The notes under the pieces: generated by a model
Told to the model about the DNA's origin: nothing
Database searches by the model: none
What the model saw: only the letters and a program-made list of their open reading frames with translations
Source: Candidatus Gastranaerophilaceae bacterium
GTDB taxonomy: Bacteria; Cyanobacteriota; Vampirovibrionia; Gastranaerophilales; Gastranaerophilaceae
Assembly (NCBI GenBank): GCA_965647125.1
Contig: CBFGCD010000001.1
Span: forward strand, 186,449-250,448
Direction: 5' to 3'
Length of the DNA stretch: 64,000 nt
Program-made: the position numbers and the translations under genes
In this document: positions 62,685-64,000 of the stretch, piece by piece
Position numbering within the stretch: position 1 is the stretch's first letter
How the letters are laid out: every line of letters begins with the position of its first letter

Positions 62685-62876
62685 TTATTTTCCCTGTTTT
62701 GCTTTGATGTCAAGGATATTGTTGTGCCCTATTACATACATCGCACAGGTTTTTGAACTTGTAATATACCAGGCACAATGTTCCTGTGTGCAGATTTTTA
62801 AATCATGCGCCCCTGCTGATAATAAAGGGCAAAAGGGGATTCTTTTTTTGTTAATAATTGGTTGTTGTTCGCTCAT
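62685..62876 (-). CDS. small Cys/His-rich protein (63 aa), unknown
   Basis: MSEQQPIINKKRIPFCPLLSAGAHDLKICTQEHCAWYITSSKTCAMYVIGHNNILDIKAKQGK. Starts 4 nt after the PyrK-like stop and ends 1 nt before the leuC-like ATG (TAAAATG). Confidence 0.5.
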   Translation of the reverse strand: MSEQQPIINKKRIPFCPLLSAGAHDLKICTQEHCAWYITSSKTCAMYVIGHNNILDIKAKQGK

Positions 62877-62880
62877 AATT

Positions 62881-63738
62881 TTATACCTTAGTTTCTAATT
62901 CCATACCTTGTTTGATGAGATTGCATTTTGTTTCATCACATCTTTTTTCTTCTGCTTTGTATATTTTTGTTCTGTTTATAACTTCGTCAAAATCAATTTT
63001 GTGTGCATCAAAATCAGGACCGTCGACACAGGCAAATTTAACTTTACCGTCAACCGTTAATCTGCATGCTCCGCACATTCCTGTTCCGTCAACCATAATC
63101 GGGTTCATAGAAGCTTCCGTTTTGATTCCATACGGACGTGTCAGCTCGGCAACTGCTCTCATCATCGGCATTGGTCCTACTGCGATAACATAGTCAACTT
63201 TTGATGAATCGATTATTTCTTTTGCAACATTTGTAGTAAAGCCTTTGATTCCGTAACTTCCGTCATCGGTTGTGATGTAGAGTTTTGAGCAGGCTGATTT
63301 CATTTTTTCTTCCCAGAAAATTAAATCTTTCGTTCTTGCGCCCATAACCATGTGAACTTCATTTCCTGCATCTTTAAAAGCTTTTGCAATTAAATAGCAA
63401 GGCGCTGCACCATATCCGCCCGCAACACAGATTACTCTGCCATAGTTTTCAATGTGTGTCGGAACTCCTAAAGGGCCTACAATATCTTCAATATAATCAC
63501 CAACATTCAAAGATGCAAGTTTTTTTGTGGTATAGCCGACTGCCATATAGACAATTGTTAAAACTTCATTTTCTCTATCATAATCAGCAATTGTTAAAGG
63601 AATTCTTTCGGAATTTTTATCTGTTCTTAAAATGATAAACTGTCCCGCTTTAGCGTTTTTGGTAATAAAGGGAGCTTTTACTCTTATTTCATACTGATTG
63701 GCACAAAGTTCTTTTTTATATAAAATTTCATATCCCAT
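62881..63738 (-). CDS. PyrK/NfnA-like FAD/NAD(P)-binding oxidoreductase subunit with C-terminal 2Fe-2S site
   Basis: RIPLTIADYD (FAD RxxS/T-type motif), CVAGGYGAAP, GTGMCGACRL...FACVDGP Cys cluster. 285 aa. Confidence 0.75.
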   Translation of the reverse strand: MGYEILYKKELCANQYEIRVKAPFITKNAKAGQFIILRTDKNSERIPLTIADYDRENEVLTIVYMAVGYTTKKLASLNVGDYIEDIVGPLGVPTHIENYGRVICVAGGYGAAPCYLIAKAFKDAGNEVHMVMGARTKDLIFWEEKMKSACSKLYITTDDGSYGIKGFTTNVAKEIIDSSKVDYVIAVGPMPMMRAVAELTRPYGIKTEASMNPIMVDGTGMCGACRLTVDGKVKFACVDGPDFDAHKIDFDEVINRTKIYKAEEKRCDETKCNLIKQGMELETKV

Positions 63739-63850
63739 TTAAGATTCCTCCAATATTGTTTAAAAATATAATATAGCAAAAAAAACATAATGTCATTTTG
63801 TAAACGAAAATTTAATATTTTATTTTGTTTTGTTATATTATAATTTTTAA

Positions 63851-64000
63851 ATGAGTATAGATAAAATTATAAGCTTTATTAAAAAAGAATTCAAAGACTT
63901 TTTAAAAGGAGAAGTTTATGTTTTTTCTTTTATTATAATTTTTGTTTTTATTTTATCGTTGATTTCAAAAAGTTCTGTTGTTTCAATAATTTCTGCTCTT
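63851..64000 (+). CDS. hypothetical membrane protein, N-terminal fragment (runs off window end)
   Basis: Own translation from ATG 63851: MSIDKIISFIKKEFKDFLKGEVYVFSFIIIFVFILSLISKSSVVSIISAL..., open to the window end. TTGTTATATTATAAT promoter-like element upstream. Confidence 0.35.
   Translation, partial: MSIDKIISFIKKEFKDFLKGEVYVFSFIIIFVFILSLISKSSVVSIISAL

Overview
Dense, mostly chromosomal 64-kb window from a very AT-rich bacterium (about 30% GC by eye). The genetic code looks standard: TGA, TAA and TAG all act as stops. I call about 60 protein genes, 2 tRNA genes, 4 interrupted genes, and no CRISPR array, transposase or integrase. Core content: holB-holA-ROK glucokinase, dut, coaX, proS, ispG, secD-secF, pheT, rpsB-tsf, tpiA, bioD and bioB. 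Diderm or envelope markers: kdsC, DUF374 acyltransferase, CsaB pyruvyl transferase, PBP4. Motility genes: sigma-28 fliA and motAB. The mix of a DUF3326-like gene, a Ski2/HelY-type helicase, CsaB, flagellar genes and very low GC is compatible with a non-photosynthetic cyanobacteria-related lineage (Melainabacteria/Vampirovibrionia-like). That is inference only. Most notable accessory or odd content: (1) a stand-alone ABC-ATPase/Toprim fusion (OLD class-1-like or single-chain PARIS-like) right after a tRNA-Pro pair, followed by two decayed genes. This is my best defence-system candidate. (2) Two tandem radical-SAM paralogues with textbook twin-arginine (RRNFLKG) N-termini, in an operon with csaB and DUF374. 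(3) An 873-aa orphan with an EF-hand-like pair behind a near-consensus sigma-28 promoter. (4) Two predicted pseudo-enzymes: a GatD-like amidotransferase lacking the Cys/His dyad, and a B12-type radical-SAM-like protein lacking CX3CX2C. (5) Two aconitase-family large subunits with no small subunit in the window, one translationally coupled to a 63-aa Cys/His ORF and a PyrK/NfnA-like flavoprotein. (6) A RelE/ParE-type toxin-antitoxin pair. (7) Three genes broken at homopolymer runs, which may be assembly error or real decay. All family assignments rest on motifs read by eye. No database search was run.
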